From NCBI GenBank assembly GCA_963790305.1, contig CAWBOC010000009.1, forward strand, positions 256,001 to 320,000: 64,000 nt of DNA, given 5' to 3'. Positions 48,164 through 59,268 of the stretch are shown here, one piece after another (the stretch's first letter is position 1; the number at the start of each line of letters is the position of its first letter). This stretch comes from an uncultured Gemmatimonadaceae bacterium. GTDB lineage: Bacteria; Gemmatimonadota; Gemmatimonadetes; Gemmatimonadales; Gemmatimonadaceae. The translations under genes and the position numbers were made by a program. The notes beneath the pieces were generated by a model. That model was not told the origin of the DNA, searched no databases, and saw only the letters and a list, made by a program, of their open reading frames with translations.

Positions 48164-50011
48164 ATGATCACTTTCACGCTCTTCGCCCTCGCGCTGGTGA
48201 TGTCTCCCGCGCTCTTGGCACAGCATGCCTTCGGCCACCACACCGAGGCGCTCGAGATCCGATTTGCACGAACGGACCCGGTAATCGCCTACGTCCTGCG
48301 TCTCGATTCCGCCGACCTTTCCGGATTCGATGTCGAGATGCGGATTCGAAGCGCACCCGACACCTTTCGCGTCGCCATGGCGGCGCACCCGGAGTACGAC
48401 GACCGCTTCTCGCGGTTCGTCGAGGGAATGCGCGTCGAGACGCCGCGCGGCGCCGGCGAGATCGTCCGCCTCGACACCGCGCTATGGCGCATCCGTGCAC
48501 CCGGAGGCGAAGCCACCCTTCGATATCGCATTCGACTTCCCGCTCCCGAAGGTGGTCAGCGCGCTTCGTGGCGACCGTTCATGTCGCTCAGCGGTGCCTT
48601 GAGTGGTGGACCACATGCCTTCATGTACCTCGTGAGTGCTCCCCTCGCGCCGGCACACGTGAAGGTCGACGTGCCGCCCAGCTGGGAGATAGCGACCGGG
48701 CTCGTCCCCACCTCCGATCCGCACACGTTCTTCGCACCGACTGCCGAATTCCTCATCGACTCCCCAATCCTCGCCGGCCGGTTTCGCAACTGGCGCTTCG
48801 ACGTCGATGGGACGCCGCACCGCGTGGTCTATTGGCCTCTGCCCGACGCCACCCCGTTCGACACGACCGCCTTCGTCTCCTCGCTGGAGCGCCTGAGCCG
48901 TCAGGCGGTCGCGCTCTTCGGGCGCGCCCCATATCGCGAGTTCACGTTTCTCTTTCAGGACGGCGCGTTCGGCGGCCTCGAGCACGCCAATTCGGCGACG
49001 TTAGGCGCCCCGAGTGCCGAGCTCGCCCGCGGCCAGGCGGAGCTGCTGGGTGAGGCTGCGCACGAGTACCTCCACGCGTGGAACCTCGTCCGCATCCGGC
49101 CAGCGGAGCGCGGGCCAATCAGCTACCGGCAGACCGGGCAGACACGAGGTCTGTGGTGGAGCGAAGGCCTTACCATGTTCTACGCGGACCTGCTCGCTCG
49201 GCGCGCCGGGATCCCCACCGTCGATTCGACACGCATCGCGCACGTCGAGCGGCTCATCGCCCGCTATCGCTTCAGTCCCGGCAACGCCCGAATCTCTGCC
49301 GAGCGGGCGGGCCTCGCCGAGTACGGCGCGCCACCCGGATCGCTTGGTGACTACGATCCGAGTCCGCACACCCAGGGAGAGCTCCTCGGGACAATCCTCG
49401 ACCTGGTGATTCGAGAGGCGACGCACGATCGTCGCTCCATCGACGACGTCATGCGGCTCATGATGCAACGGTACTCCGGGAGAACGGGATTCACCGGCCG
49501 TGACATCGAGCGCGCTGTCACGGAAGTCTGTGGCTGCAGCGTTCGCCCGATATTCGACGCGCATGTCCGCGGTGCCGCGCCGATCGACGTGAACCGATAT
49601 CTCGGCGCCGTCGGGCTGCGAGCCGACGTCACCGACGAACCGGTGCGGAACGCGGAGGGTGAGGCCACCCCCGACCTGCGAGTGTTCGGCTGGCAGCCGG
49701 AGGAGGGACGGGTCGCGCTGCTCATCAACAATCCCGAGAGCGCCTGGGGTCGCGCCGGCCTTCACACCGGCGATCGTCTCATATCGATCGACAATCAGCC
49801 AGTCGCCACATTACGAGAGCTTCGGGCCGCGGTCCTGCGCGCACGCATTGGCGATACCGTGATCGTCCGGGTGCAGCGGCCTAACGGTCCCTTCCGCGCG
49901 TCGGTGATGGTCACGGGGTACAGCTACCCGCGGGTGCGACTCGAGGAGAAGCCCAATGCCACCCCGCTCCAACGACAGCGGCGCGAGCGCTGGATCAACG
50001 CGTCACCGTGA
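48164..50011 (+). CDS. M61 glycyl aminopeptidase with PDZ domain
   Basis: GGLEHANS, AHEYLHAWN, WWSEGLT, AGLHTGD. Confidence 0.9.
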   Translation: MITFTLFALALVMSPALLAQHAFGHHTEALEIRFARTDPVIAYVLRLDSADLSGFDVEMRIRSAPDTFRVAMAAHPEYDDRFSRFVEGMRVETPRGAGEIVRLDTALWRIRAPGGEATLRYRIRLPAPEGGQRASWRPFMSLSGALSGGPHAFMYLVSAPLAPAHVKVDVPPSWEIATGLVPTSDPHTFFAPTAEFLIDSPILAGRFRNWRFDVDGTPHRVVYWPLPDATPFDTTAFVSSLERLSRQAVALFGRAPYREFTFLFQDGAFGGLEHANSATLGAPSAELARGQAELLGEAAHEYLHAWNLVRIRPAERGPISYRQTGQTRGLWWSEGLTMFYADLLARRAGIPTVDSTRIAHVERLIARYRFSPGNARISAERAGLAEYGAPPGSLGDYDPSPHTQGELLGTILDLVIREATHDRRSIDDVMRLMMQRYSGRTGFTGRDIERAVTEVCGCSVRPIFDAHVRGAAPIDVNRYLGAVGLRADVTDEPVRNAEGEATPDLRVFGWQPEEGRVALLINNPESAWGRAGLHTGDRLISIDNQPVATLRELRAAVLRARIGDTVIVRVQRPNGPFRASVMVTGYSYPRVRLEEKPNATPLQRQRRERWINASP

Positions 50012-50066
50012 CCGGGTGGACTGGCTTTTGCGCCGCGCGGCGTGCGACCCTTTTCAGGAGCGACCA

Positions 50067-50339
50067 ATGCCTCGGGGCGACAAGTCGAAGTACACGCACA
50101 AGCAGGAGCGCATGGCCGAGCATATCGAGGAAGGCTACGAGAAGCAGGGCGTGAGCGAGAAAGAAGCCGAGCGCCGCGCCTGGGCGACGGTCAACAAGCA
50201 GACGGGCGGCGGCAACAAACCCGGCGGCTCTGGCCGCGGGAAGCCGGACACCAGCCGAGGGAGCATGACGCGCGCGGAGCGCAGCCGTGCGGCCAAGAAG
50301 GGGGCGGCCACTCGGAAGCGGAACTCGAGCTCCGGGTAG
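50067..50339 (+). CDS. Small basic conserved protein (stress-associated type)
   Basis: SD AGGAG; MPRGDKSKYTHKQERMAEHIEEGYE...AWATVNK. Confidence 0.8.
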   Translation: MPRGDKSKYTHKQERMAEHIEEGYEKQGVSEKEAERRAWATVNKQTGGGNKPGGSGRGKPDTSRGSMTRAERSRAAKKGAATRKRNSSSG

Positions 50340-50426
50340 TCGAGGTCATCAAGGGTGTCGAGGTGATCGAGGGACCGTCGTTGCCTTCCTCGCTTACCTC
50401 GACGACCTCGACACCCTCGACTACCC
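50334..50426. repeat. 9-bp-periodic palindromic element, copy 4, between convergent genes
   Basis: gggtagtc gaggtcatc aagggtgtc gaggtgatc ... gacgacctc gacaccctc gactaccc. Confidence 0.85.
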
Positions 50427-51026
50427 CTACTTCATATGCTTCCAGTTCCGTGGCTTCCCGTCCGCGAGCCACTCCACTGCCGTCGCCAACCGGCGCGCGC
50501 GCGTCTCTTCCTGCTTGGCCGTCGTCACCCACTCCAGGTACTCGCGCCGGTGGCTCGGCGTAAAGTTCTCGAACGTCGTTAGGGCCTTCTTGTTTTGCTT
50601 GAGGGCCGCCATGAAATAGGGCGGCGTCTTGATCGGTTGCTTGGGGTGTTTTGGAGGACGCGCCGCTTTCACGCCCTGCTCGTTCAGCGCCATCGCCTTC
50701 TTGATGTAGCCGATGAGGGTTTTCTTCGACGGAAGATCCGAGAGAGAGCGGATACGTCCGAAGTGCCCCGCCGCTTCCTGCGCCTTGGGATTCCTGTCGT
50801 CGAGCACGAGCGCGCCCTTCCAGAACCCGAACGCGCAGTGCTCCTTGAACGCAGCCATGCTGCACAACGTCCCGTGATAGTCGAAGAAGGGTGAGCTCCA
50901 CTTCGTCGTCTCCTCTACCTCGGGGCACGCCTCGTGAACCACCGAGCGAAGGTAGGTGAGGATCGGACGCGCAAAAGGCGCCGACTTCTCAATGTAGGCG
51001 TCAATGCGTGGATCGCGGGTGCCCAT
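50427..51026 (-). CDS. YdeI/OmpD-associated (DUF1801) protein
   Basis: DPRIDAYI, KWSSP, AFKEHC, SHRREYLEWV, ETRARRL. Confidence 0.9.
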   Translation of the reverse strand: MGTRDPRIDAYIEKSAPFARPILTYLRSVVHEACPEVEETTKWSSPFFDYHGTLCSMAAFKEHCAFGFWKGALVLDDRNPKAQEAAGHFGRIRSLSDLPSKKTLIGYIKKAMALNEQGVKAARPPKHPKQPIKTPPYFMAALKQNKKALTTFENFTPSHRREYLEWVTTAKQEETRARRLATAVEWLADGKPRNWKHMK

Positions 51027-51063
51027 TGGTGCTCCTCGAGTCAGGGTAAGGGCCGCGGCTCGT

Positions 51064-51342
51064 TTACACGTCGGGGATGGATATCGATTTCGCCTGCACG
51101 ATCTCACAGCGCGGCGGCAGCACAATCGTGTCCTTCGAGGTCGCAAAGAACGCGAGTCCCCGGTATGACGTGAGATATTGATTGTGCTTCTTGAACATGC
51201 CGCCAACGCCGATCACGACCAGTGGTCGGTCCGTTCGCTCGAGGATCTTCAGCCAGTCCGCGATCTCGAGGCGCACGACTACTCCCACCGCCTTGAGTGC
51301 GTTGACGCGTGCCGCGTGAGCGGCGGCTGCGCTTGCATCCAT
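51064..51342 (-). CDS. Small hypothetical protein
   Basis: NALKAVGVVVR...YLTSYRGLAF; coding-like composition. Confidence 0.65.
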   Translation of the reverse strand: MDASAAAAHAARVNALKAVGVVVRLEIADWLKILERTDRPLVVIGVGGMFKKHNQYLTSYRGLAFFATSKDTIVLPPRCEIVQAKSISIPDV

Positions 51343-51531
51343 TCGGCTCTCGTTGCTTATGAAAGTCAGGAGATGGCGGGCGCACGGGCTTAGCGACCCC
51401 AAGCTACTATCGCGTCGACGCAGTCACTAGGATACGCCGAGGCAACTCTTTCATACCGGGACGGCTCCTAGAAAAGGGGCTTCTCCCCGCGCCGCCCGAC
51501 CGTCGGTCCCCTAGCCACATTCCGAGGAATC

Positions 51532-53005
51532 ATGCGAAACGCCTTGTGTCACCTCTCGCTTGCTGCGGCCGTGCTTATCGCGGCCGAGGGACTCCCACGC
51601 ACCGCGAACGCCCAGGCAGCGCCTGCCGCTTCCGAGCGCGCGTTGCGCGACCTCGTTCGGGTCATGAATCTCGGCCACCGTGACTCCCTCGAGCGCTTTG
51701 TGCGTGAACGGTTCGTCGTCGCAGGTCCGGGAAGCGTTCCGGCGGCTGATCGCGTGGAGCGCCTCTCCCGTCTGCGCTCCATCTTCGGCGAGCTCACGCT
51801 TCGCGCGATCGACTCCGTCGCGCCCGCACGTGCGTCAGGCGTTGCCCAGTCGGCTCGCACGGAAGCGTGGCGCCGACTCGGGGTGATCATGGATACGACA
51901 CCACCGGGTCGCATTGTCCGCGTTTCGATCGCACCGGCCACCGCACCGGACGCACCGACACGTCGCCTTACCGATGCTCAGGTCGTCGAGCAGCTCAGTG
52001 CGTACATGGACCGGTTGGCTCGCCGCGATGTGTTCTCGGGCAGTGTACTGCTCGCCAAGGCAGGCAAGCCGCTCTTCAACGCCGCCTATGGCGAAGCGAA
52101 CAAGGACTTCGGCGTCAAGAATACTGTCGACACCAAGTTCAACCTCGGCTCCATGAACAAGATGTTCACGTCGGTCGCCATCATGCAGCTCGTCGAGGCG
52201 GGCAAGCTCTCGCTCGACGACACCCTGGGGAAGTTTCTCCCCGCGGGATCGATGCGCGCCGACGTGCTGGCGAAGGTGCGCGTGAAGCACCTCCTGACGC
52301 ACACGTCGGGGCTCGGCAGCTACTTCTCGCCGCGCTGGGACAGTCTTTCGCGCTCGATGTTCCGAAGCGTCGACGACTGGATGCCTCTGGTGAAGGATGA
52401 GACGCTCGCTTTCGAGCCCGGCACGCGATGGTCGTACAGCAACACCGGAATGCTGGTGCTCGGGAAGGTGATCGAGTCCGTCAGCGGGAAGGACTATTTC
52501 CAGTACGTGCGCGAGCGGATCTTTACGCCGGCGGGGATGACGTCGACCGACTCGTATGAGCTCGACCTGGTGACGAAGAATCTTGCCGTCGGGTACGAAC
52601 GCGAGGAAACCGCCGCCGGCCCGCGGTATCGCAACAACATCTTCCAGCACGTGATTCGCGGCGGTCCGGCGGGCGGCGGGTATTCGACCGTCGGCGATCT
52701 CACGCGATTCGCGGCGGCGCTTGCAAAGTGGGAAGCTCGTGAGCCGCGATGGTATGAGGATGCTCACGACGCCGAAGCCGGAGCTCGGCTCGCCCGATTA
52801 TGGCTTTGGGTTTGGCGTGATTGATGGGGGGCGGATCGTGGGCCACAGCGGCGGGTTCGAGGGGATCAGCGCCCAACTCGACATCTATCTCGTGGACGGC
52901 TACACGATGGCCGTCATGGCGAATTACGGAGGCGCGGCGCAGCCAGTCATCGAAAAGGTGCGTACGCTTCTCTTCGCGGGACGTAAGGAGACGGCGTCAC
53001 GTTAG
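51532..53005 (+). CDS. Beta-lactamase-family serine hydrolase, frameshift near 52722
   Basis: SxxK (GSMNKMF), YSN, LLTHTSGL; GHSGG motif continues in another frame. Confidence 0.88.
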
Positions 53006-53078
53006 GCGCACAGTTCCACCGAGACATGGCCGAGCGGCGGCGTGGGTCCCATCACCACGCCGCCGTTCGCCGTTCTCG

Positions 53079-53927
53079 TCAAAATGCAAACATAACGCCG
53101 ACTTCGGGTGCGAAATCAGTCGCGTTCCGTGTGATCCCCCACCCGTTGTTTAGCTTGATGAACGCTCGTGGCAGCAGGTGCCACTGCACCTCGGTGATGA
53201 GCGCAACCTCATCGAGCTGGTTGCCTTCGATGACGGAGGCGACGCGCCATTTCGGCGACAGCCGCCGCAGGTACTCGATGGCGTACTCCCCGGCCTCGAG
53301 CTTGCGCTCCTCGCCGCTGTACTCGCCTGCGGCACGCAGCGTCATCGTGCCCCACCGGTAGCCGCGCGTCATCCCGAAGCCCAGCTTGTATTCCCACGCG
53401 GATGTCCCAATGAGCTTCCGGTGTTTCTGGAGCGGAAAGACCGTTTCGAAATAGGTGAATAGCTCGGGCCGCGTTTCAGTCTCGCGACGGAAGCGCCATC
53501 GTATCTGCGCCTCCACGTCGCCGAGCCCGTGCTCCTCGATCTCGGAAGGCATGGCCGAAGGGTCATTGGGCGACTTCTCAAGCTCGGCGCTGATCACCGC
53601 ACCTTCGAGCTCGAGCGCGACGTCTTCGGTCAAACCATAGCCAAGGAAGAGGAGTGCTTCCGAGGCGCTGTAGCGCCCGCGGAAATCTTCGGCGATCCCG
53701 TAGCCCAGCTCGCTCGGCTTGTACTCGAGATCCTTGTCTGCGTACCACTCGGCGAATGGGTAGAAGAGCAGCTCACCTTTCCGCACGTAGGTCCCGAACA
53801 TCAATGTGGCGACGCCGGTGCCTCGGTCGCGGAGATGCTGCGGGAGCTGCTGAGCGACGAGTCGCTCGGGGAAGGTGACGGGGGCGAGTGCAATGGCGAG
53901 CGTCAGCGTGTGTACTACCCGGTTCAT
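53079..53927 (-). CDS. Secreted probable outer-membrane beta-barrel protein
   Basis: Signal peptide, GLGDVEAQIRW, alternating beta pattern, C-terminal Phe. Confidence 0.65.
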   Translation of the reverse strand: MNRVVHTLTLAIALAPVTFPERLVAQQLPQHLRDRGTGVATLMFGTYVRKGELLFYPFAEWYADKDLEYKPSELGYGIAEDFRGRYSASEALLFLGYGLTEDVALELEGAVISAELEKSPNDPSAMPSEIEEHGLGDVEAQIRWRFRRETETRPELFTYFETVFPLQKHRKLIGTSAWEYKLGFGMTRGYRWGTMTLRAAGEYSGEERKLEAGEYAIEYLRRLSPKWRVASVIEGNQLDEVALITEVQWHLLPRAFIKLNNGWGITRNATDFAPEVGVMFAF

Positions 53928-54014
53928 GCGACACATAGCGATGCCTCCTTCGGGATGAGGAGACCAGCCCAGCTGCGTCCCTGTACAGAAAACACTCCCT
54001 GTCTGACCTCTCCG

Positions 54015-55227
54015 TCACCTCGCCGTCCGAAGGCGGTCGCCGATGACGGCGAGCAGCGTTCCATCGTCGCCTCCGATCTCCCAGATCATGATGCCGCCGA
54101 GCCCGTGCGCCCGTACGTACTCGGCCTTGTGGCCGATGGACTCGGCGTCATCGTAGGTGATGAACACGCCGAGCGAGTCGTTATGCAGCCAGGGCACCAG
54201 TGCCTCGGGGTGCCAGAAGCGAGTGAATCCCTGTGCGGTGAGGTTTCTCGACGCGATCTGTCGGTAATCGAGGCCGGTTGCCCACTCGCGCGGCGCCGGC
54301 GACGCGGCCTGGAACAACCCACCGTTGGCGCCGTGAACGCCCCCGTACGCGCGCCCATAGAACGGCGCTCCGATGACAATCTTCCCCGACGGGACGCCGC
54401 CCCGACGGTAGACCGCGACCGTGGAATCGATGTTGTAGTACGGCGTCGGATCGTTCGTCGCCGCGTGGAGGGGTGCGTTGAAGTGCGCGATCGCCGAGCC
54501 GGAGTGGTAGTCGTACGTCATCACGTTGAACCAATCCAGCAACGGGGCGATGCGATCGAGCTCCAGGCTCCCGAATGAGCCGCGCGCCAGCGGCCGTGGC
54601 GGCCGTAAGGAGATAGCGGCGCCCGTCGCGCGCGCCCTCAGCGTCGAGCTGCCGGCGCAGCTCGGCGAGCAGAAGCGTGAAGTTCTGCCGGTCCTCCGGC
54701 CGAGTGACATTCTCCCTGGCTCCCCCGAACACCGGATACTCCCAGTCAATGTCGAATCCGTCGAACAGTCCGGGCCATCCGCGCAGGAACAGCTCGATGC
54801 CGGATGCGGCGAAGCGCTGTCGGGCTTCCGGGGTCAGGGCCGCATCGGAGAAATTCACCGAGCGCGTCCATCCGCCGATGGCGACGAGGAACTTCAGATG
54901 CGGGTACCGCTCCTTGAGTGCGCGCAGCTGGCCGAAGTTTCCGCCCCTCGCCGCGGCACTCCCGCTTCCGCATCGCCCGGCATCGAGGCACGGATCCTCG
55001 AGCGCTATGGTGCCGTCGGGTCCTACGTTGGCGAAGGCGTAGATGACGTGCGTTAGGCGGTCGCCAGGCAGCTCGGCGATCCTCGTCCCCTTGGAACGAA
55101 CGCCCCACGACGCCAGATAGGCGACGACCCTTGGACTCTCGGTCCGAGGTGTGGATGGGGGAGCCGGCGACCTCGCCGTCGCGCACGCCATGAGGGCGAG
55201 CGCGAGCACGGAGAAGGAGTACCGCAT
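54015..55227 (-). CDS. GH18 chitinase-like lipoprotein, frameshift near 54578
   Basis: AIGGW, FDGFDIDWEYP; NVMTYDY, GAPFYGR, GGIMIWE in the second frame. Confidence 0.9.
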
Positions 55228-56114
55228 TACCTGCGCGCCGGGCTGTCGGCCGCGCGCGAGACGCTCGACAGGAATTCGAGCAGTGCGGCGTTGAAACGTT
55301 CCGGCTGGGCGAAGTGCACCCCGTGGCCTCCGTCGGCAATCACGACCTGGCGCGCGTTTGGTATTCGTCGCGCGAGCGTATCAGCGACCAGGCGAAACAA
55401 CGGAATTTCATGGTCCCCGACGATCATCAGCGTCGGCACGCGGATCTTCGCCAGATCGTCCATCCGTGCCGGGGAGACGCGTCCCGACGGCGGACGGGGG
55501 TTGAGCAAATCGCGGCCGTCGTATCTCGCCCACATTCGATCTATCCGCTTGCGATAGCCCGGATTGTTGGGAGGCTCCCAGTCGAGTCCGGTCGATTCCA
55601 CGAACTTTCGCAGGGAATCGAGGCCGTGAGTTCTCGCGATCTCCCCGAATCTCGCACCGGGCAGCGGACCGGATGGCATCGGCTGAAACCCGCCGGGTGG
55701 GCCCGAGCCGTACAGAACGAGCGCGGTGAGACGTTCGGGGAACGCAACGGCAAAATTGAGAGCGGTTCGGGCTCCGGCTGAAAGACCGAGGACGACCGCC
55801 GAGGGAATCTTCAGGCTGTCGAGCAGGATGCGCAGGTCGTCCGGATCGGCGGTCGGATCGGCGTGTCCTGTCGAGCTCCCGTACCCGCGTCGGTCGTAGC
55901 GCAGCACGCGATACGTTGGCGACAACGCCGCGACCTGATCGTCCCAGATGGTCAGGTCCTGCGCCGCCCCGTGGATGAGCACGACCGTCGTTCCCTTGCC
56001 GGTGAGCTCGTAGTTGATCGATGCATCACCCACGTTCACTTTGCCGGTCTGTGCGGAAAGCGCGAGCGGTGCTGCGCACACGACCGTCGTTGTCATCATG
56101 AGTCGGCGTATCAT
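55227..56114 (-). CDS. Secreted alpha/beta hydrolase
   Basis: LIHG, YDRRGYG, GLSAG nucleophile elbow, GGHG. Confidence 0.88.
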   Translation of the reverse strand: MIRRLMMTTTVVCAAPLALSAQTGKVNVGDASINYELTGKGTTVVLIHGAAQDLTIWDDQVAALSPTYRVLRYDRRGYGSSTGHADPTADPDDLRILLDSLKIPSAVVLGLSAGARTALNFAVAFPERLTALVLYGSGPPGGFQPMPSGPLPGARFGEIARTHGLDSLRKFVESTGLDWEPPNNPGYRKRIDRMWARYDGRDLLNPRPPSGRVSPARMDDLAKIRVPTLMIVGDHEIPLFRLVADTLARRIPNARQVVIADGGHGVHFAQPERFNAALLEFLSSVSRAADSPARR

Positions 56115-58502
56115 CGAAGCCTCCCGCCGGTGGGCGAGGTGAAGATCCGATCGTCGAGGCCCACGCGCCTCACGACGGCCGCGAAGCGCGCGTTCCCTCG
56201 CACCTGGTCGAAGAAGGGCTCACTCAGCGGAAGGTATACGGGCCAGAAATCGCCGGCGTCGGTGAGACGTTCCATCTCGTCGATGGCTCGGGCCGTATCA
56301 CCGAGCGCCAAAAAGAGCGAAAAAACAACCCGGGGACGGCCGCTCACGTCTCCCGCCGTGCCGCCGGTCGCCCGCGTCAGCCGCAGTGCGGGCTCTCGAT
56401 TCCCGAGAAGCGCGTGGAGATGAGCAGCCGGCACTTGCCACGACGGCACGTGCACCGTGAGGCGATCGGCGAACGTCCTCGCCGTCGCCGTGTCGCCCTC
56501 CTCGAGGTACGCCTGCGTTGCCATGAAGAGGACGGGGGGATTGATAGAGTCGATCTCCAGCGCTCGGGTGATTTCGGCGATCCCTTCCCGGTTGCGCCCG
56601 GTGAGTGAGAGCAGCCGCCCATGCCAACCCGAGGCCACGGCGGAATACGGATCGAGCAGACGCGCGCGCTCGAACTGCCCCCGTGCATCGAGGAGACGTC
56701 CCGTATAGAGGAGCAAGCGCCCGTACTGTATTCGCGCCGATGCGTCGTTCGCATCGAGCTCGATTGCGCGGCGGTGTGCTTCCTCCGCGCGGCGCCACTC
56801 GTATGCATGAAGATGCGCGAGCCCGAGCGCGGTATACGCTTCCGAGAGCGTGCCGTCGAGAGCCAGGGCGCGGCGTGCCGAGGCAATGGCGCGCTCGCGA
56901 ACGTCCTGCGCGCGTACGCCTGAAAAGTACGGCAGCAGCTCGAGCGCTACCGCGAGCCCGGCGTGGGCCCGCGCGAAACTGCTGTCTCGCGCGATCGCCT
57001 CCTCGAAACGATCGATCGACTGACGCACTCCGTCCGATCGCCTCGCGAGCGCGAAACGACCGCGCAGGTACAGATCATAGGCTTGGGCATCCTGCGTTCC
57101 GGAGCTGGCCGTCACCGCTACGCTGGTGCCGCGAGCGCCAGGATCGAGCCTCGCGCGCAGCGCTGCCGCAATCGCGCGCGTAATCTCGGTCTGCATCTCG
57201 AAGACGTTGGTCGAATCGCGTCGATAGCTCTCCGACCAATACTCGCGATTGTCCTCGGCAGCTCGTCAGCTGAGCGGACACCCGGAGCTGCTCTCCCACT
57301 CGGCGCACGTTGCCGTAGAGCACGTAATCCGCCGACAGCGTCCGTCCGACTTCGCCCGCGTCGACGTCGCGTCCAGTGTAGCGGTAGCTGAGCGTGCGGG
57401 AGACGACGCGTATTCCCTGCAGCTTTCCCAGCGATGTGGCCAGCTCGTCGGCGAGTCCGTCGGCGACGTACTGCGCCGAGTCGGTGCCCAGCGTCGCGAA
57501 CGGAAGCACGGCGACGGCGAGCTCCCGTGCTGCCCCGTCGCGCGCTGCGATCACGGCGATGGCGATCACAGCCGCAACGATTGCCGACCAGCCCCGCCGC
57601 CCTCGAGCCGCGTGAGATGACGAAGGATCGGCGCGAAGCCCGAGCTCGTCTCTCCATCGAGCGCGCGCAGAGACGTCGCGCGCCGACTGCGGGCGGGCAG
57701 CCGGATCCTTCTCGAGGCATCGCATGACGAGCTGCGCCAACGGCAGAGGGCAATCGGCACGCTTTTCACGGAGCGGAGCCGGACGCTCGCTGATGTGGGC
57801 GAGCATCTGGTGGCCTGGCCGCGACGCGAAGGGCGTCTCCCCGGCCAGCAGCTCGTAGGCGACACAGCCAAACGAGTAGAGATCGGCGCGATGATCGATG
57901 CCAGGATCGGCGGCGATCTGCTCCGGTGCCATGTATGCCGGTGTGCCGATCACCGTTCCCGCCTGCGTCACGGTGGTCGTGTGCTCCGTCGCCTCCTCCG
58001 AGCTACGTGCGTCGCTGATCGCTTTGGCGATCCCGAAGTCGGCGACGACGGCGGCGTCCCCCGAGAGCAACACGTTCTCGGGCTTGATGTCGCGATGCAC
58101 GACCCCGCGCTCGTGCGCGTACGCGAGCGCGCGCGCGACGTCGCGCAGAATTCCGACCGCTTCAGCGATGGGCAGCGCGCCACTCGCACTGAGCCTGTCG
58201 CGCAGCGCGAGGCCCTCGACGAAGGGCATCGTGTAATACGGCAGCCCCCCGATCTCGCCGCTCGCCAACACCGGAACAATGTTCGCCTGCTGGAGCGATG
58301 CGACGAGGCGGATCTCGCGCGCGAACCGTCGGCTCGATACACCGGCGGCAAGCTCCGGCGACAGCACCTTGATGACGACCGTTCGCCCCAGCGAGGTCTC
58401 GACCGCGGTGAACACCCGCGCCATTCCCCCTCCGCCGAGCTCACGCCCGATCGAGTATCCGGAGAGGCTGGACTGGAGGTGAGACCGGAGGTCCGCGGTC
58501 AC
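56111..58502 (-). CDS. Hanks-type Ser/Thr kinase-TM-TolB-like-TPR, frameshifts near 57670, about 57600 and 57260
   Basis: LGGGGMARV, HRDIKPEN, DFGIA, GTPAYMAPEQ, VAVLPF; TPR part in ORF 56111-57196. Confidence 0.85.
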
Positions 58503-58642
58503 GAACGCCTCGGAAAGGGTGTTCGAATGTAGAGGTCGGCCTCAGCAGCCGAAAGAACAGCGGCCATCGCCCCTCTTCACGCGGACCAGTGCACCGACGT
58601 ATGATGTTCCACTCGTCGATCGATCACTTCTGGAGGCCATTC

Positions 58643-59200
58643 ATGCGTTCCGTGCTGCGTACTGCCCTTCCCGCCCTCGCGATGCTCGCCGCGCTCGCCG
58701 CTGCCGCCGAGGCGCAACATCACGCCTCGACCGTCGCCGCGGATCTGCGCGCAGATATCGAGCAGGTCGAAAAGAAGATGCTCGACCTCGCACGCGCGAT
58801 TCCCGAGGACAAATACGGCTGGCGTCCCGGCGCTGGCGTTCGCTCCATCGGCGAAGTCGTGATGCATGTCGCCGCGGACAACTATCTGATTCCGGCGGCG
58901 ATTGGATTTCCGGCCGACCCCGCCACCGGCATCAAGGGCAACGACTACAACACCGCCGTCGCGTTCGAGAAGCGCACCGCCAACAAGGCGGCGGCGATCG
59001 CCGAGCTCGAGAAGTCGTTCGCGTTCGTGAAGAAGTCGCTCGACGCCTCGGGCGACAAGCTTGCTCAGCCGGTGTCGATGTTCGGGATGAACCTCACGTC
59101 GCAGAAGGCGTGGATCATGGCGACGACGCACCTGCACGAGCATCTGGGCCAGCTCATCGCGTACGCGCGGAGCAACGGCATCGCCCCACCCTGGAGCTGA
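58643..59200 (+). CDS. Secreted DinB family protein
   Basis: SD GGAGG; LARAIPEDKYGWRP, HLHEHLGQLIAYAR. Confidence 0.88.
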   Translation: MRSVLRTALPALAMLAALAAAAEAQHHASTVAADLRADIEQVEKKMLDLARAIPEDKYGWRPGAGVRSIGEVVMHVAADNYLIPAAIGFPADPATGIKGNDYNTAVAFEKRTANKAAAIAELEKSFAFVKKSLDASGDKLAQPVSMFGMNLTSQKAWIMATTHLHEHLGQLIAYARSNGIAPPWS

Positions 59201-59268
59201 CCGCTCGAGGTCAGGCGTTAGGCTCCCGGTCGGCTTTCACGGCGGCCGGGAGCGGCTCCAGACGCTCG

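Noticed and set aside
50067..50339. Toxin-antitoxin (plasmid stabilisation) gene
   Set aside because: No RelE/ParE features and no partner gene
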